Source: Solirubrobacteraceae bacterium | Lineage (GTDB): Bacteria > Actinomycetota > Thermoleophilia > Solirubrobacterales > Solirubrobacteraceae | Reading direction: 5' to 3' | DNA length: 43,480 nt | NCBI GenBank assembly: GCA_036803745.1 | Contig: DAIRTT010000002.1 | Coordinates: 1-43,480, forward strand | Shown here: positions 24,126 to 33,957 of the stretch, one piece after another | How positions within the stretch are numbered: the stretch's first letter is position 1 | Layout of the letters: every line of letters begins with the position of its first letter | Program-made: the position numbers and the translations under genes | The notes under the pieces: model-generated | The model's database searches: none | What the model saw: the letters and a program-made list of their open reading frames with translations, nothing else | What the model was told of the DNA's origin: nothing

Positions 24126-25160
24126 GTGCCGCCCGCCGCTGCCAAGGCCCGCGCGCGGGCGGTCAGGACCCCCGCTTCGAAGGCCAATGCCCGGGCGGTC
24201 AGAGCCGATGAGCGCGTCGAGCGGACGCTCGGCGCGCTCGCGGTCGCGATCCTGGTGCTGATCGCGCTGATGGTCGTGACGGTCGCGATCAAGGCATGGC
24301 CGTCGTTCTCATACAACGGGCTGCACTGGTTCGGGCCGGGAGGCGACGTCGACACCCAGCTCCGGGTGATGCGCGAAGGAACGCCGATCGCGGGCCACGG
24401 CCCGCTGTACTTCCGCGCCTGGCCACTGCTCTGGGGGACGCTTCTCACGACCGTTCTGGCCGTCGCCTGCGCGCTGGTCATCTCGACGCTCGCGGCTGTC
24501 TTCCTGACCGAGTTCGCGCCCGACGGCGTGCGGCGGACGCTCGAGCCGGTGATCCGGCTCCTCGCGGGCGTGCCGTCGGTCGTCTACGGGCTGATCGGAA
24601 TCCTCGCGATCGCGCCATGGATCAACGAACACCTGATCAGCAACTCGCGCAAGCACTCCGTGGAGTACGTCGTCCAGCTCAACGGCGCCGACGTGATGAC
24701 CGCGACCGTGATCCTGACGGTCATGATCCTGCCGATCATGGTCGCGATCAGCGCCAACGCGCTGGCTGCGGTACCGGCCTCCTGGCGCGAGGGATCGGCG
24801 GCGCTCGGCGTCAACCGCTGGCGCACGATCTGGCGTATCTCGCTGCGCACCGCACGCCCGGCGATCGCCGCCGCGACCGTGCTGGCGACGGCCCGCGCGC
24901 TCGGCGAGGCGGTCATGCTCGCGATGGTCTCGGGCGGTCGCGGGTTCGCGCCCAACCCACTCGACGGTGTCACGTTCCTGTTCGAGCCCGTCCGCCCACT
25001 CGCCGCGACGATCTTTCAGGAATCGGAGGGCCTCACGATCGGTGCACTCGGGCACACGATCTACGCGATCGGAGCAGTCCTGCTCGTATCGGCCACGATG
25101 CTCTCGCTAGTCGGCTGGGCGGCCAAGCAGCCCCTCAAGCGCTACGGCATAAGGACCTGA
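24126..25160 (+). CDS. pstC: Phosphate ABC transporter permease PstC
   Basis: LLAGVPSVVYGL, WREGSAALG (EAA-like), ARALGEAVML. Confidence 0.88.
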   Translation: MPPAAAKARARAVRTPASKANARAVRADERVERTLGALAVAILVLIALMVVTVAIKAWPSFSYNGLHWFGPGGDVDTQLRVMREGTPIAGHGPLYFRAWPLLWGTLLTTVLAVACALVISTLAAVFLTEFAPDGVRRTLEPVIRLLAGVPSVVYGLIGILAIAPWINEHLISNSRKHSVEYVVQLNGADVMTATVILTVMILPIMVAISANALAAVPASWREGSAALGVNRWRTIWRISLRTARPAIAAATVLATARALGEAVMLAMVSGGRGFAPNPLDGVTFLFEPVRPLAATIFQESEGLTIGALGHTIYAIGAVLLVSATMLSLVGWAAKQPLKRYGIRT

Positions 25161-25162
25161 CG

Positions 25163-26176
25163 GTGAGCGCACACGCGACAGCGGCGCCACCTGCCTCGAC
25201 GATCGCGCGTCCCCGCGGCTCCCGGACCGCCGCGTGGCCGCTGATCGACCGCATCGCCTACTGGCTCTGCTGGGCGATGGGCATCGGCCTCTGCCTGATC
25301 GCGGCCTCGATCGTGATCTTCATGCTCGTCCGCGGCGTCGCCTATCTGCGCCTGAGCATGTTCGTCTCCTCGCCCGCGCCCTCCCTGCACCAGTCCCAGA
25401 GCGGCGGCTTCAGCGACCCGATCCTCGGGACACTGATCGTGACCGCGCTCGGCATCGCGATAGCGGCGCCCCTGGGCGTGGCGATCGCGAGCTGGCTGTC
25501 GGAGTACGCACGGCCGGCGTGGCTGGCCCGGACGGTCGAGTCTGCGATCGAGATGATCGCGGGGGTGCCGAGCGTCGTCCTGGCGATCTTCGGCCTGCTC
25601 GTCTTCTCCCAGGGCTTCCTCGGGTTTCTCTCCCAGAACGCCTTCAACGGCTCGGTCACCGGCCAGTCCTTCGTCACGGCCGGGATCGTGATGTCGATCC
25701 TCGCTCTCCCCCTCGTCGTCGCATCGACACGTGAGGCACTCGCACAGCTCCCCGACCGACTGCGCGAGGCCTCCTATGCGCTCGGCAAGACCCGCGCGAC
25801 GACGATCCGGCGCGTGCTCCTGCCGGCGATCCGCCCGAGCATCGCCAGCGGCGTCGTGCTCGGAATGGGCAGGATCATCGGCGACACGGCGATCATCACG
25901 ATCCTGCTCGGTGCGACGCTCAAGAACGAACCGGTCGGCGGCGTTCCGCTGCTCGGTGATCTGCGTGGCACCGGCTCGACGCTGACGAGCTACGTGTTCA
26001 ACAACTCCCCCGCCGGGGAGGGCAACGCGCCCCAGAAGGCCTACGCCGCCGCGTTCGTGCTGCTGATGATCGTCCTGGGGCTCAACGCGCTCGTAACCCG
26101 GCTCACGGCGGGCGCCTCCGCGCGCCGCCCCGGTCGCCGATCGATTATGAGGAGGGTGAGTGCATGGACCCGCTGA
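25163..26176 (+). CDS. pstA: Phosphate ABC transporter permease PstA
   Basis: WLSEYA, AGVPSVVLAIFG, LREASYALG, GRIIGDTA; GTG two bases after the pstC stop. Confidence 0.88.
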   Translation: MSAHATAAPPASTIARPRGSRTAAWPLIDRIAYWLCWAMGIGLCLIAASIVIFMLVRGVAYLRLSMFVSSPAPSLHQSQSGGFSDPILGTLIVTALGIAIAAPLGVAIASWLSEYARPAWLARTVESAIEMIAGVPSVVLAIFGLLVFSQGFLGFLSQNAFNGSVTGQSFVTAGIVMSILALPLVVASTREALAQLPDRLREASYALGKTRATTIRRVLLPAIRPSIASGVVLGMGRIIGDTAIITILLGATLKNEPVGGVPLLGDLRGTGSTLTSYVFNNSPAGEGNAPQKAYAAAFVLLMIVLGLNALVTRLTAGASARRPGRRSIMRRVSAWTR

Positions 26177-27081
26177 TGCCGCCGCCGGTGCGTCGGATCG
26201 CGCTCGACCGCGAACCGCATGTGGCGCCGCCCCGCCCGATCCCGGGCGGCGCCGACTCCGCGGCTCCGGGATCCGCCTCGGCCCGGCTGCGAAGCGCTCG
26301 GGCGCCGGTCGGCGACGTGCGCGAGCGCATGCTGATCGAGTCGGTCTGGCTCGCCTACGGAGAGAACTGGGTGGTCCGGGACGTCAGCCTGCCGGTGCGT
26401 CAGGGCGAGGTGCTCGCACTCATCGGGGCCTCGGGCTCCGGCAAGACGACGCTTCTGCGCTCACTCAACCGTCTCACCGAGGTCACCGCCGGCGCGTCGC
26501 GCAGCGGGCGCATCACTCTCGACGGCCAAGAGATCCACGACGTCGAGGTCAACGATCTGAGGCGGCGGGTGACGATGGTCTTCCAGCAGCCGAACCCGTT
26601 CCCGATGAGCATCTTCGACAACGTCGCCTACGCCGCCGTCGAGAAGACGGGCGCCGGCAGGCGTCGCCGTCGCAGTCCCGCACTCGAGGCGGCGGTCGAG
26701 GACGCCCTGCGCCGCGCAGGGCTCTACGAGGAGGTCGCGGGCGACCTGGATCGCTCGGCCCTGCGGCTGTCGGGCGGCCAGCAGCAGCGCCTTTGCATCG
26801 CGCGCGCGCTCGCCGCCCAGCCTGAGGTCCTGCTGCTCGACGAGCCCTGCTCGGCGCTCGATCCGATCTCGACCGCGACGATCGAGGAGCTGATCGTCGA
26901 GTTGCGCGAGAGCGTCGCGATCGTGATCGTCACCCACAACCTCCAGCAGGCGTTCAGGGTCGCCGACCACGTCGCGTTCATGCACCTCGGCGAGCTCGTC
27001 GAGTTCGGCCCGAGCGAGCAGGTCTTCGACCGCCCGACCCATTCGCGCACACGCGACTACGTGAGCGGGGCCTTCGGGTGA
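26164..27081 (+). CDS. pstB: Phosphate ABC transporter ATPase PstB
   Basis: [58 protein letters not shown]. Confidence 0.92.
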   Translation: MDPLMPPPVRRIALDREPHVAPPRPIPGGADSAAPGSASARLRSARAPVGDVRERMLIESVWLAYGENWVVRDVSLPVRQGEVLALIGASGSGKTTLLRSLNRLTEVTAGASRSGRITLDGQEIHDVEVNDLRRRVTMVFQQPNPFPMSIFDNVAYAAVEKTGAGRRRRRSPALEAAVEDALRRAGLYEEVAGDLDRSALRLSGGQQQRLCIARALAAQPEVLLLDEPCSALDPISTATIEELIVELRESVAIVIVTHNLQQAFRVADHVAFMHLGELVEFGPSEQVFDRPTHSRTRDYVSGAFG

Positions 27082-27809
27082 GGCTCGCAGCGGCCGCGCT
27101 CGCGCTCGTGGCCCTCGCGCTGACCGGGTGTGAGACGACAGCCGAAAAGAGCGCCCGCCTGGAAGCTGCGGCCAAGCGCTTGGGCCGCCCCACCTCCGGG
27201 GCCTCGCGCGGACTCTCGATCGCGGCGCTCAGCACCGCGATCAAGGTCAGGAGCACGGCGGTCGTGCACAGTCGTGAAGGAACGGCCGCGATCGTCACGC
27301 TCCGCAACGACTCCGCAACGGCTCTGCGCGACATCCCGATCGAGATCACCGTTCGAGACGCAAGCGGAGCATCGATCTACTCGAACAACCGGCAGGGTCT
27401 CGGCCGCGCCCTGATATCCGTGCCGCTCATCGGAGCACACACCACCCTGACATGGGTCGACGACCAGATCCAGGCGACGGGCATCCCCGCGACGGTCGCT
27501 GCGCGGGTCGGGCGCTCTCCCGCGGTCCACGGTCCGACCCCGAGCATCGCGCTCACCGGCGCCCACATGGTCGAAGACCCCAGCACAGGTCCGGGTGCCG
27601 CGGGCACGGTCGTCAACCACTCATCGATCGGCCAGCGGGAACTGATCGTCTACGCCGTCGCGCGACGCGGATCACGGATCCTCGCCGCGGGCCGTGCGGT
27701 CATACCCGAAGCGGCCCCCAGCGCCTCGACACCCTTCCAGCTCTTCTTCATCGGTGACCCGCGAGGCGGCAAGCTCTCGCTGAGCGTGCCCGCGACGACG
27801 TTGCGCTGA
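27078..27809 (+). CDS. Hypothetical lipoprotein with two Ig-like (FxLYD-like) domains
   Basis: Lipobox LTGC; two similar halves (VTLRNDS...IEITVRDASG and GTVVNHS...YAVARRGSRI); GTGA overlap with pstB. Confidence 0.7.
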   Translation: MRLAAAALALVALALTGCETTAEKSARLEAAAKRLGRPTSGASRGLSIAALSTAIKVRSTAVVHSREGTAAIVTLRNDSATALRDIPIEITVRDASGASIYSNNRQGLGRALISVPLIGAHTTLTWVDDQIQATGIPATVAARVGRSPAVHGPTPSIALTGAHMVEDPSTGPGAAGTVVNHSSIGQRELIVYAVARRGSRILAAGRAVIPEAAPSASTPFQLFFIGDPRGGKLSLSVPATTLR

Positions 27810-27827
27810 CGTGTGAGCGGCGGAGGC

Positions 27828-28463
27828 TCAGCGGCCGCGGCGGCGCTGCTTGAGGGTGATCCCCTCGAGCACGTGAGCGACGGTCTCGCATGAGTCGACG
27901 GCAGCCTCGAGGGACTCGAAGATGTCCTTCCAGCGGATCACGACCATGGGGTCGATCCCGCCCGCGAACAGGGAAGCGACGCCGTCGCGCTGGAGCCGGT
28001 CGCCCTCGTTCTCGAGCCGGTGGATCTCGACCAGATGGGGGCCGAGCTCGGTCCCCGTTCGCAGGCTGCGCAGCGCCTGGGCGATCTGCTCGCCCGCGCC
28101 GACCAGGACCTCGGTGAACTCGACCGCCTGCTCCATCGGCGCCTCGACGCTGTAGAGGCCCAGCTGGGCCGCCGCCTGCTCGGAGTGGTCGACGATGTCG
28201 TCGAGCGCCGTCGCGAGCGCGTAGCCGTCGCCGGCGCCGAACGGCGCTCGCACGCGTCCCCGGCCGGCGAGGCGATGGATGATGTCGTGGGTGATGCGGT
28301 CGCCCTCCTGCTCGCAGACCTTCAGGTCCTGCGCCAGCGGCGCGCGCTCCGGGTAGTCGACGAGCAGGTCGCGTAGGAGCAGCCCGCAGCGCTGGACGTT
28401 GCGCCCGGACTCTTCGACGAGCTCCATCAGGACGGCGTCGTGTCCGGGTCGCAGAAGGCTCAT
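27828..28463 (-). CDS. DUF47 family (PhoU-like) phosphate transport regulator
   Basis: EQEGDRITHDII, LATALDDIVD, IHRLENEGD, WKDIFESLEAAVDSCE. Confidence 0.88.
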   Translation of the reverse strand: MSLLRPGHDAVLMELVEESGRNVQRCGLLLRDLLVDYPERAPLAQDLKVCEQEGDRITHDIIHRLAGRGRVRAPFGAGDGYALATALDDIVDHSEQAAAQLGLYSVEAPMEQAVEFTEVLVGAGEQIAQALRSLRTGTELGPHLVEIHRLENEGDRLQRDGVASLFAGGIDPMVVIRWKDIFESLEAAVDSCETVAHVLEGITLKQRRRGR

Positions 28464-28503
28464 CGGCGGAGAATATTGACGGAGTCGCCTCCGACACGCC
28501 GGC

Positions 28504-28541
28504 TTTACGAATTCTTCACGCCTCGATCACGACTTCGCAAC
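28504..28541 (+). promoter_or_regulatory. PHO-box-like site between DUF47 and the winged-helix gene
   Basis: TTTAC (28504), TTCAC (28515), ATCAC (28526), GCAAC (28537); strict 11-bp period. Confidence 0.7.
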
Positions 28542-28576
28542 GGTTGGCCGCCGTCGCGGTGGGACGCTGTGCCGTC

Positions 28577-28954
28577 GTGGCGGCCCTACCCCAGAGCAGC
28601 GAGATCCAGCCCGACGTCCTGTACGCCGGCGAGCTCGAGATCCACATGCGCGAGGGACTCGTGCGCGCCACGGGCCGCCCACTCACGCTGTCCGTGCGCG
28701 AGTTCGAGCTGCTCGTGGCGATGGCGAGACGGCTCGGAGCCATCATCACACGTGAGGATCTCTTCAGGTCGGTGTGGGGCGGCGACCTGCGCCCGGGCGA
28801 CCGCTCGGTGGATGTCTACGTCAGCAAGCTTCGCGGCAAGCTCGAGGCCGCCCTGCCCGACCGCCGCTTCATCCACACCCACCCGGGCTTCGGATACCGG
28901 TTTCAGCCCGAGCCTTCACGAAATGTTCACATGCAGGCCACAGGTGGCGGATGA
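28577..28954 (+). CDS. Stand-alone OmpR/PhoB-type winged-helix DNA-binding protein (no receiver domain)
   Basis: LSVREFELL, TREDLFRSVWG, DRSVDVYVSKLRGKLE, IHTHPGFGYRF. Start is uncertain (GTG 28577 or TTG 28544). Confidence 0.82.
   Translation: MAALPQSSEIQPDVLYAGELEIHMREGLVRATGRPLTLSVREFELLVAMARRLGAIITREDLFRSVWGGDLRPGDRSVDVYVSKLRGKLEAALPDRRFIHTHPGFGYRFQPEPSRNVHMQATGGG
28915..28941 (+). promoter_or_regulatory. PHO-box-like site upstream of the second pstS, inside the 3' end of the winged-helix gene
   Basis: TTCAC (28915), TTCAC (28926), GCCAC (28937); 11-bp period. Confidence 0.65.
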
Positions 28955-29030
28955 GACTGTGCCAGGCACCCGGCTCCGAGCGGAGGCGCGTGCACGCAGA
29001 CCGTCAGACAAACCAGCCAGAGGAGACGTA

Positions 29031-30176
29031 GTGATCAAGAACAAGTTGAGCGCACTCGCAGGTTGCGCGGTGCTCGCGTTGGGCCTCGCCGCATGCGGCA
29101 GCTCGAGCTCGACGAGCAGTTCGTCGAGCAGCTCCAGCTCCAGCACGAGCTCCAGCCCCGCCGCGAAGACCGCCACGACCCCTCCGAGCGGCTCGGGGAC
29201 GATCTCGGGCGCGGGCTCGACGTTCGCGGCCCCCGTGTACGAACAGTGGGCCTCCGCGCAGTCCGGCCTGACGGTCAACTATCAGTCGGTCGGCTCGGGC
29301 GCCGGCATCACCGCGCTCGAGAGCAAGGTCGTCGACTTCGGCGCCAGCGACCCGCCGCTGAAGCCGGCGGATGAAGAAGCGATTGCCAAGAACGGGAGCC
29401 CCGCGGTCGAGATCCCGATGTTCCTGGGAGCGATCACGGTCTCCTACAACCTTCCCGGCGTCAAATCCGGCCTGAAGCTCGACGGCAAGACGCTCGGCGA
29501 CATCTTCCTCGGCAAGGTCAAGACCTGGAACGACGCCGAGATCAAGGCGCTCAACCCCGGTGTGACGCTGCCGAGCACCTCGATCACGATCGTCCACCGC
29601 TCGGACTCCTCGGGCACGACGGCCGGCTTCACCGGCTTCCTCGCCGCGGTCGACCCTGAATTCAAGAGCAAGGTTGGCGAAGGCAAGGAAGTCCCGTGGC
29701 CCACGGGCACCGGCGCGAAGGGCAACGCAGGAGTCGCCGGCGCGGTCAAGCAGACCGTGGGTGCCGTCGGCTACGTCGAGCAGGCGTACGCGCTGCAGAA
29801 CAACTTCACCTACGCGGCGATCAAGAACAAGGCCGGCGTATTCGTCGCACCGACGCTCGCTTCGGCCACCGCGGCCGCGCAGGGTGTCAAGGTCCCGGCG
29901 AACCTCGGAATCAAGATCAGCAACCCCGACGGGGCAGCCAGCTACCCGATCACCTCGCAGACGTTCATCATCACGAACAAGGACCTCTGCAAGGCGGCCA
30001 CGCCCGGCGGCGAAGAAGCAGCCAAGAACGTCGTGAAGTTCATCCAGTACGGCCTCGGCGAAGGTCAGAAGATCCTCGGACAGGCTGACTACGCGGCGCT
30101 TCCAGCCTCGATTCTGGCCAAGTCGAAGGCCGCGGTCGCGGCGCTTCAGTGCAACGGCTCGCCGATCGGCGGCTGA
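29031..30176 (+). CDS. pstS: Phosphate ABC transporter substrate-binding lipoprotein PstS
   Basis: GAGGAG RBS and GTG start; lipobox LAAC; Ser-rich linker; GAGSTFA, VGSGAG, DFGASD, HRSDSSGTT, SYPITSQT. Confidence 0.95.
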   Translation: MIKNKLSALAGCAVLALGLAACGSSSSTSSSSSSSSSSTSSSPAAKTATTPPSGSGTISGAGSTFAAPVYEQWASAQSGLTVNYQSVGSGAGITALESKVVDFGASDPPLKPADEEAIAKNGSPAVEIPMFLGAITVSYNLPGVKSGLKLDGKTLGDIFLGKVKTWNDAEIKALNPGVTLPSTSITIVHRSDSSGTTAGFTGFLAAVDPEFKSKVGEGKEVPWPTGTGAKGNAGVAGAVKQTVGAVGYVEQAYALQNNFTYAAIKNKAGVFVAPTLASATAAAQGVKVPANLGIKISNPDGAASYPITSQTFIITNKDLCKAATPGGEEAAKNVVKFIQYGLGEGQKILGQADYAALPASILAKSKAAVAALQCNGSPIGG

Positions 30177-30218
30177 CACACATGACGCCGGCTCCGCGGA
30201 TCAGATAGACAAGGCCCC

Positions 30219-31244
30219 GTGGAGGCAGCAACCGTACCCGGCGGCGACCGCGCGCTTCTCGCGCGGTCGCCGCTGGCTCGTCTTCCCGACCGGGTCCTCA
30301 AGTACGGCCTGTCGGTCCTCGCAGCGCTGATCCTGGCGCTGATCGTCTTCTTCTTCATCCGTCTCGTCGGCGAAGCACGACCGGCCTTCGCCAAGGCCGG
30401 CGTGCTGGGTTTCACGTTCGACAACAACTGGACTCCCAGCGCCGAACGCTTCGGCGCCCTGCCGCTGGTGCTCGGCACGCTGATCACCTCGGCGCTCGCG
30501 CTCCTGATCGGCGTCCCGGTCGCGGTCGCGGCCGCCGTCTACGTCAGCGAGCTGTGCCCGCCGCGCGTGCGCGGGCCGCTGACGATCCTCGTCGAGCTGC
30601 TCGCGGCGGTGCCCTCAGTCGTCTACGGCCTGTGGGGGATCTTCTTCCTCGCCCCCAAGCTCCAGGGCGCCGAGCAGTGGGTCGCAGACCGGCTCTCCTT
30701 CGTGCCCTTCATCGGCGGAGGCCTGGTGACGATCCCGAACTACTTCATCACCGGGCTGGTGCTCGCGATCATGATCCTGCCGATCGTCAGCGCAATCAGC
30801 CGCGAGGTCATGACGACCGTCCCGCTCGACCAGAAGGAGGCCGCGCTCGGCCTCGGGGCGACACGCTGGGAGATGATCCGCATCGCCGTCTTCCCCTACT
30901 GCCGCTCGGGCATAGTCGGCGGCGCGATGCTGGGACTCGGCCGCGCAATCGGCGAGACGATCGCCGTGACGATCCTGATCGGCGACGCCCCGAAACTCGG
31001 CAGCCACCTGTTCGGACAGGGCTACAGCCTGGCGGCCGTCGTCGCCAACGAGTTCGGCGAGGCGCAGGGCGTCCACCGCTCGGCACTGTTCGCCGCCGGC
31101 CTGGTCCTGTTCGTGCTCACGCTGCTCGTCAACGGGGTCGCCCGCGCGCTCGTCGTGCGCTCATCGCGCAGCACAGGGCAGCCCGCGCCGCGAGGCAGCC
31201 GAGGCGGGAGCGCTCTGGTGGCCGATACGGCGGTGGGCGCATGA
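30219..31244 (+). CDS. pstC: Phosphate ABC transporter permease PstC
   Basis: ELLAAVPSVVYGLWG, KEAALGLGATRWE, LGRAIGETIAV. Confidence 0.93.
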   Translation: MEAATVPGGDRALLARSPLARLPDRVLKYGLSVLAALILALIVFFFIRLVGEARPAFAKAGVLGFTFDNNWTPSAERFGALPLVLGTLITSALALLIGVPVAVAAAVYVSELCPPRVRGPLTILVELLAAVPSVVYGLWGIFFLAPKLQGAEQWVADRLSFVPFIGGGLVTIPNYFITGLVLAIMILPIVSAISREVMTTVPLDQKEAALGLGATRWEMIRIAVFPYCRSGIVGGAMLGLGRAIGETIAVTILIGDAPKLGSHLFGQGYSLAAVVANEFGEAQGVHRSALFAAGLVLFVLTLLVNGVARALVVRSSRSTGQPAPRGSRGGSALVADTAVGA

Positions 31245-32137
31245 GCGCCCCCGCACCATCTGTCGAGCTCGTGGCGCGCTTCGGCGTCAGCCCCGCGCGG
31301 CGGCGCAAGGACAGGGTCGCGCGCGGTGCGATCCTCGCGGCGACGATCCTCGCGCTGGTGCCGCTCGTGCTGATCGTCTACTACCTGCTCAGCAAGGGCC
31401 TGGGAGCGTGGAGCTCGAGCTTCTTCACGACGGACCCGACTGGCAACACGTTCTTCAAGAGCTCGAGCATCGGCGGCATCAAGAGCGCGATCTTCGGGAC
31501 GATCGAGATGGTTGCGCTCGCGTCGGCGATCGCCGTGCCGGTCGGTGTCGGCGTGGCGGTGTGGCTGGTCGAGTACGGCAGGAACAGCTGGTTCGCGCAC
31601 GCCGTCCGCTTCTTTGTGGACGTTCTGACGGGCGTCCCCTCGATCGTCTTCGGCCTGTTCATCTACATCGTCCTGGTCGTCGGTACGGGTAGCTCCTTCG
31701 CGGGCTACAAGGGCTCACTCGCGCTGTCGCTGCTCATACTTCCGGTCGTCATCCGCTCAGCCGAGGTGATCCTCCTGCTCGTCCCTTCCGGTCTGCGCGA
31801 GTCGGCGCTCGCCCTCGGCGCCCCCCGCTGGAAGGTGATCGCGAGCATCGTCCTGCCGACGGCGCTCCCGGGGATGGTCACCGGCGTGCTGCTGGCCGTC
31901 GCCCGCGCCGCCGGCGAGACCGCGCCGCTGCTGTTCACCGCGGCGGCGACGAAGAAGACGAGCTACGACCTGAACGGGTTCATGAACTCCCTCCCGGTCC
32001 AGATCTACAGCGACGTGACCTCGCCGACCACCTCGGTCGTCAACCGGGCGTGGGGCGCCGCCCTGACCCTCGTGACCCTGATCCTGCTGCTCAACCTGAT
32101 CGCCCGCCTCATCTCGCGAAGGAGCCGACTTGCATGA
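31241..32137 (+). CDS. pstA: Phosphate ABC transporter permease PstA
   Basis: [56 protein letters not shown] overlap. Confidence 0.93.
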   Translation: MSAPAPSVELVARFGVSPARRRKDRVARGAILAATILALVPLVLIVYYLLSKGLGAWSSSFFTTDPTGNTFFKSSSIGGIKSAIFGTIEMVALASAIAVPVGVGVAVWLVEYGRNSWFAHAVRFFVDVLTGVPSIVFGLFIYIVLVVGTGSSFAGYKGSLALSLLILPVVIRSAEVILLLVPSGLRESALALGAPRWKVIASIVLPTALPGMVTGVLLAVARAAGETAPLLFTAAATKKTSYDLNGFMNSLPVQIYSDVTSPTTSVVNRAWGAALTLVTLILLLNLIARLISRRSRLA

Positions 32138-33045
32138 CACCCCCGCGACCGACCACTAACCTGAGCGACGTGGACCCCGAAGCCCGCCCGGAACTCGGCA
32201 GCCGCCCGCCTGACCCGGCGCTGCGAAGGCCGATCGTCGCCGAGCGCCAGACGCCGCCGGAGACGACGCCGGCGCCCGGCGCCACCGCCGCCGGCCTGAG
32301 CGTCCGGCTCGAGGGCCTGCGCGCTTTCTACGGCGACACCGAGCAGCTGCGGGGAATCGACCTCGACTTCCACGCCAACGAGGTGACGGCGATCATCGGT
32401 CCCTCGGGGTGCGGCAAGTCGACGATGATCCGCTGCATCAACCGCATGCACGAGGAGGTCGCCGGCGCCCGCGCCGAGGGCCGAGTGATGCTCGACGAGC
32501 TGGACGTCTACGCACCGTCGGTCGACGTCGTCGCCGTTCGCCGGGCGATCGGCATGGTGTTCCAGAAGCCGAACCCGTTCCCCACGATGTCTGTCTTCGA
32601 CAACGTCGCGGCCGGGCTGCGCCTCACCTCCCGTCGCAGGGGTGACCTCCATGCACGGGTCGAGACGGCGCTGCGGGGCGCGGGGCTGTGGGACGAGGTC
32701 TCCCACCGCCTCCAGGAGCCGGGGGCCGGCCTCTCTGGCGGCCAGCAGCAGCGGCTGTGCATCGCGCGATCGCTGGCCGTCGAACCCGAGGTCATCCTGA
32801 TGGACGAGCCGTGCTCAGCGCTCGACCCGATCGCGACCCTCAAGATCGAGGAGCTGATCGCGGAGCTGAAGACGAGGGTCACGATCGTGATCGTCACCCA
32901 CAACATGCAGCAGGCGGCGCGCGTTGCAGACCGCACGGCCTTCATGCTCGACGGCCGCCTCGTCGAGGTGGGCCTGACCCAGGACATCTTCACCAAACCG
33001 ACCGATACGCGGACCGAAGAATATGTCACCGGCAAGTTCGGATAG
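32134..33045 (+). CDS. pstB: Phosphate ABC transporter ATPase PstB
   Basis: [52 protein letters not shown] overlap. Confidence 0.95.
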   Translation: MTPPRPTTNLSDVDPEARPELGSRPPDPALRRPIVAERQTPPETTPAPGATAAGLSVRLEGLRAFYGDTEQLRGIDLDFHANEVTAIIGPSGCGKSTMIRCINRMHEEVAGARAEGRVMLDELDVYAPSVDVVAVRRAIGMVFQKPNPFPTMSVFDNVAAGLRLTSRRRGDLHARVETALRGAGLWDEVSHRLQEPGAGLSGGQQQRLCIARSLAVEPEVILMDEPCSALDPIATLKIEELIAELKTRVTIVIVTHNMQQAARVADRTAFMLDGRLVEVGLTQDIFTKPTDTRTEEYVTGKFG

Positions 33046-33808
33046 CGGCACGGGCGGCGCCCCGCTCGCCTCCGTTCCAGACCAGCCCGTCGCCGCCATC
33101 CCACCCTCCGGACCCCCGCACGGCCGCGCCCACTTCCAGGCTCAGCTACAGGAGCTCGAGGCCAACGCGCTCGGCGGCCTGGACCTGATCGTCGAGCAGC
33201 TCGACCGGGTCCTCGAGGCGCTGCGCCACCAGGACGTCGAGCTCGCCCAGATGGTCATCGCCGACGACGACCGCGTCGACGGGCGCTATCTGGAGGTCCA
33301 TCAGGGGATTCTCTCGCTGCTGGCGCTGCAGGCGCCTGTGGCGGGCGACCTGCGCCTGGTGGCCGCGCTGCTGCACACGATCAAGCACATCGAGCGCATG
33401 GGCGATCAGTGCGTCAACATCGCCAAGATGATCCCGCTGTCGGGCCACGAGCCGCCGGTGCACGGCGACCTGCTCGAGGCGCTCGGCAAAATGGGCGCCT
33501 ACGCCCGCTCGGAGGTCGTCCAGTGCAAGGCGGCGTTCGCCGGGCGCGACATCGGCCTGGCCGAGGATCTCGTACGCCAGGACCGTGAAATCAACCGCCT
33601 CAACCGCGATATCTTCAGGCTCGCGATCGAAATCGGCGACGACCCGGACACCCGTGAGTGGGCGATGCACATGACGCTGGTCGCCCGCGCGCTCGAGCGC
33701 CTGGGTGACAACGCCGTCGATATCGGCGAGCAGGTCGCGTTCGTCGTGACCGGGCTGTTCCGCGAGTTCTCGGACTCCTCGCGCCCGCCGGGCACCCCCG
33801 TCGCCTGA
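33023..33808 (+). CDS. phoU: Phosphate signalling complex protein PhoU
   Basis: [42 protein letters not shown]; follows pstB. Start is uncertain. Confidence 0.92.
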   Translation: MSPASSDSGTGGAPLASVPDQPVAAIPPSGPPHGRAHFQAQLQELEANALGGLDLIVEQLDRVLEALRHQDVELAQMVIADDDRVDGRYLEVHQGILSLLALQAPVAGDLRLVAALLHTIKHIERMGDQCVNIAKMIPLSGHEPPVHGDLLEALGKMGAYARSEVVQCKAAFAGRDIGLAEDLVRQDREINRLNRDIFRLAIEIGDDPDTREWAMHMTLVARALERLGDNAVDIGEQVAFVVTGLFREFSDSSRPPGTPVA

Positions 33809-33957
33809 GCGAGCAGGGCTCGCCCACCGCTGCGGTGGCCTGCGCCGGGATCCGGTGCCCAGCCCGGCCGCAAATAGCGAAAGGCCACTGTGAACATCCT
33901 GTTACGTTCGCTCGCGTCGCGCGTCGAGGCGACCGTTCTTCGCTTACACTGGCCGGG

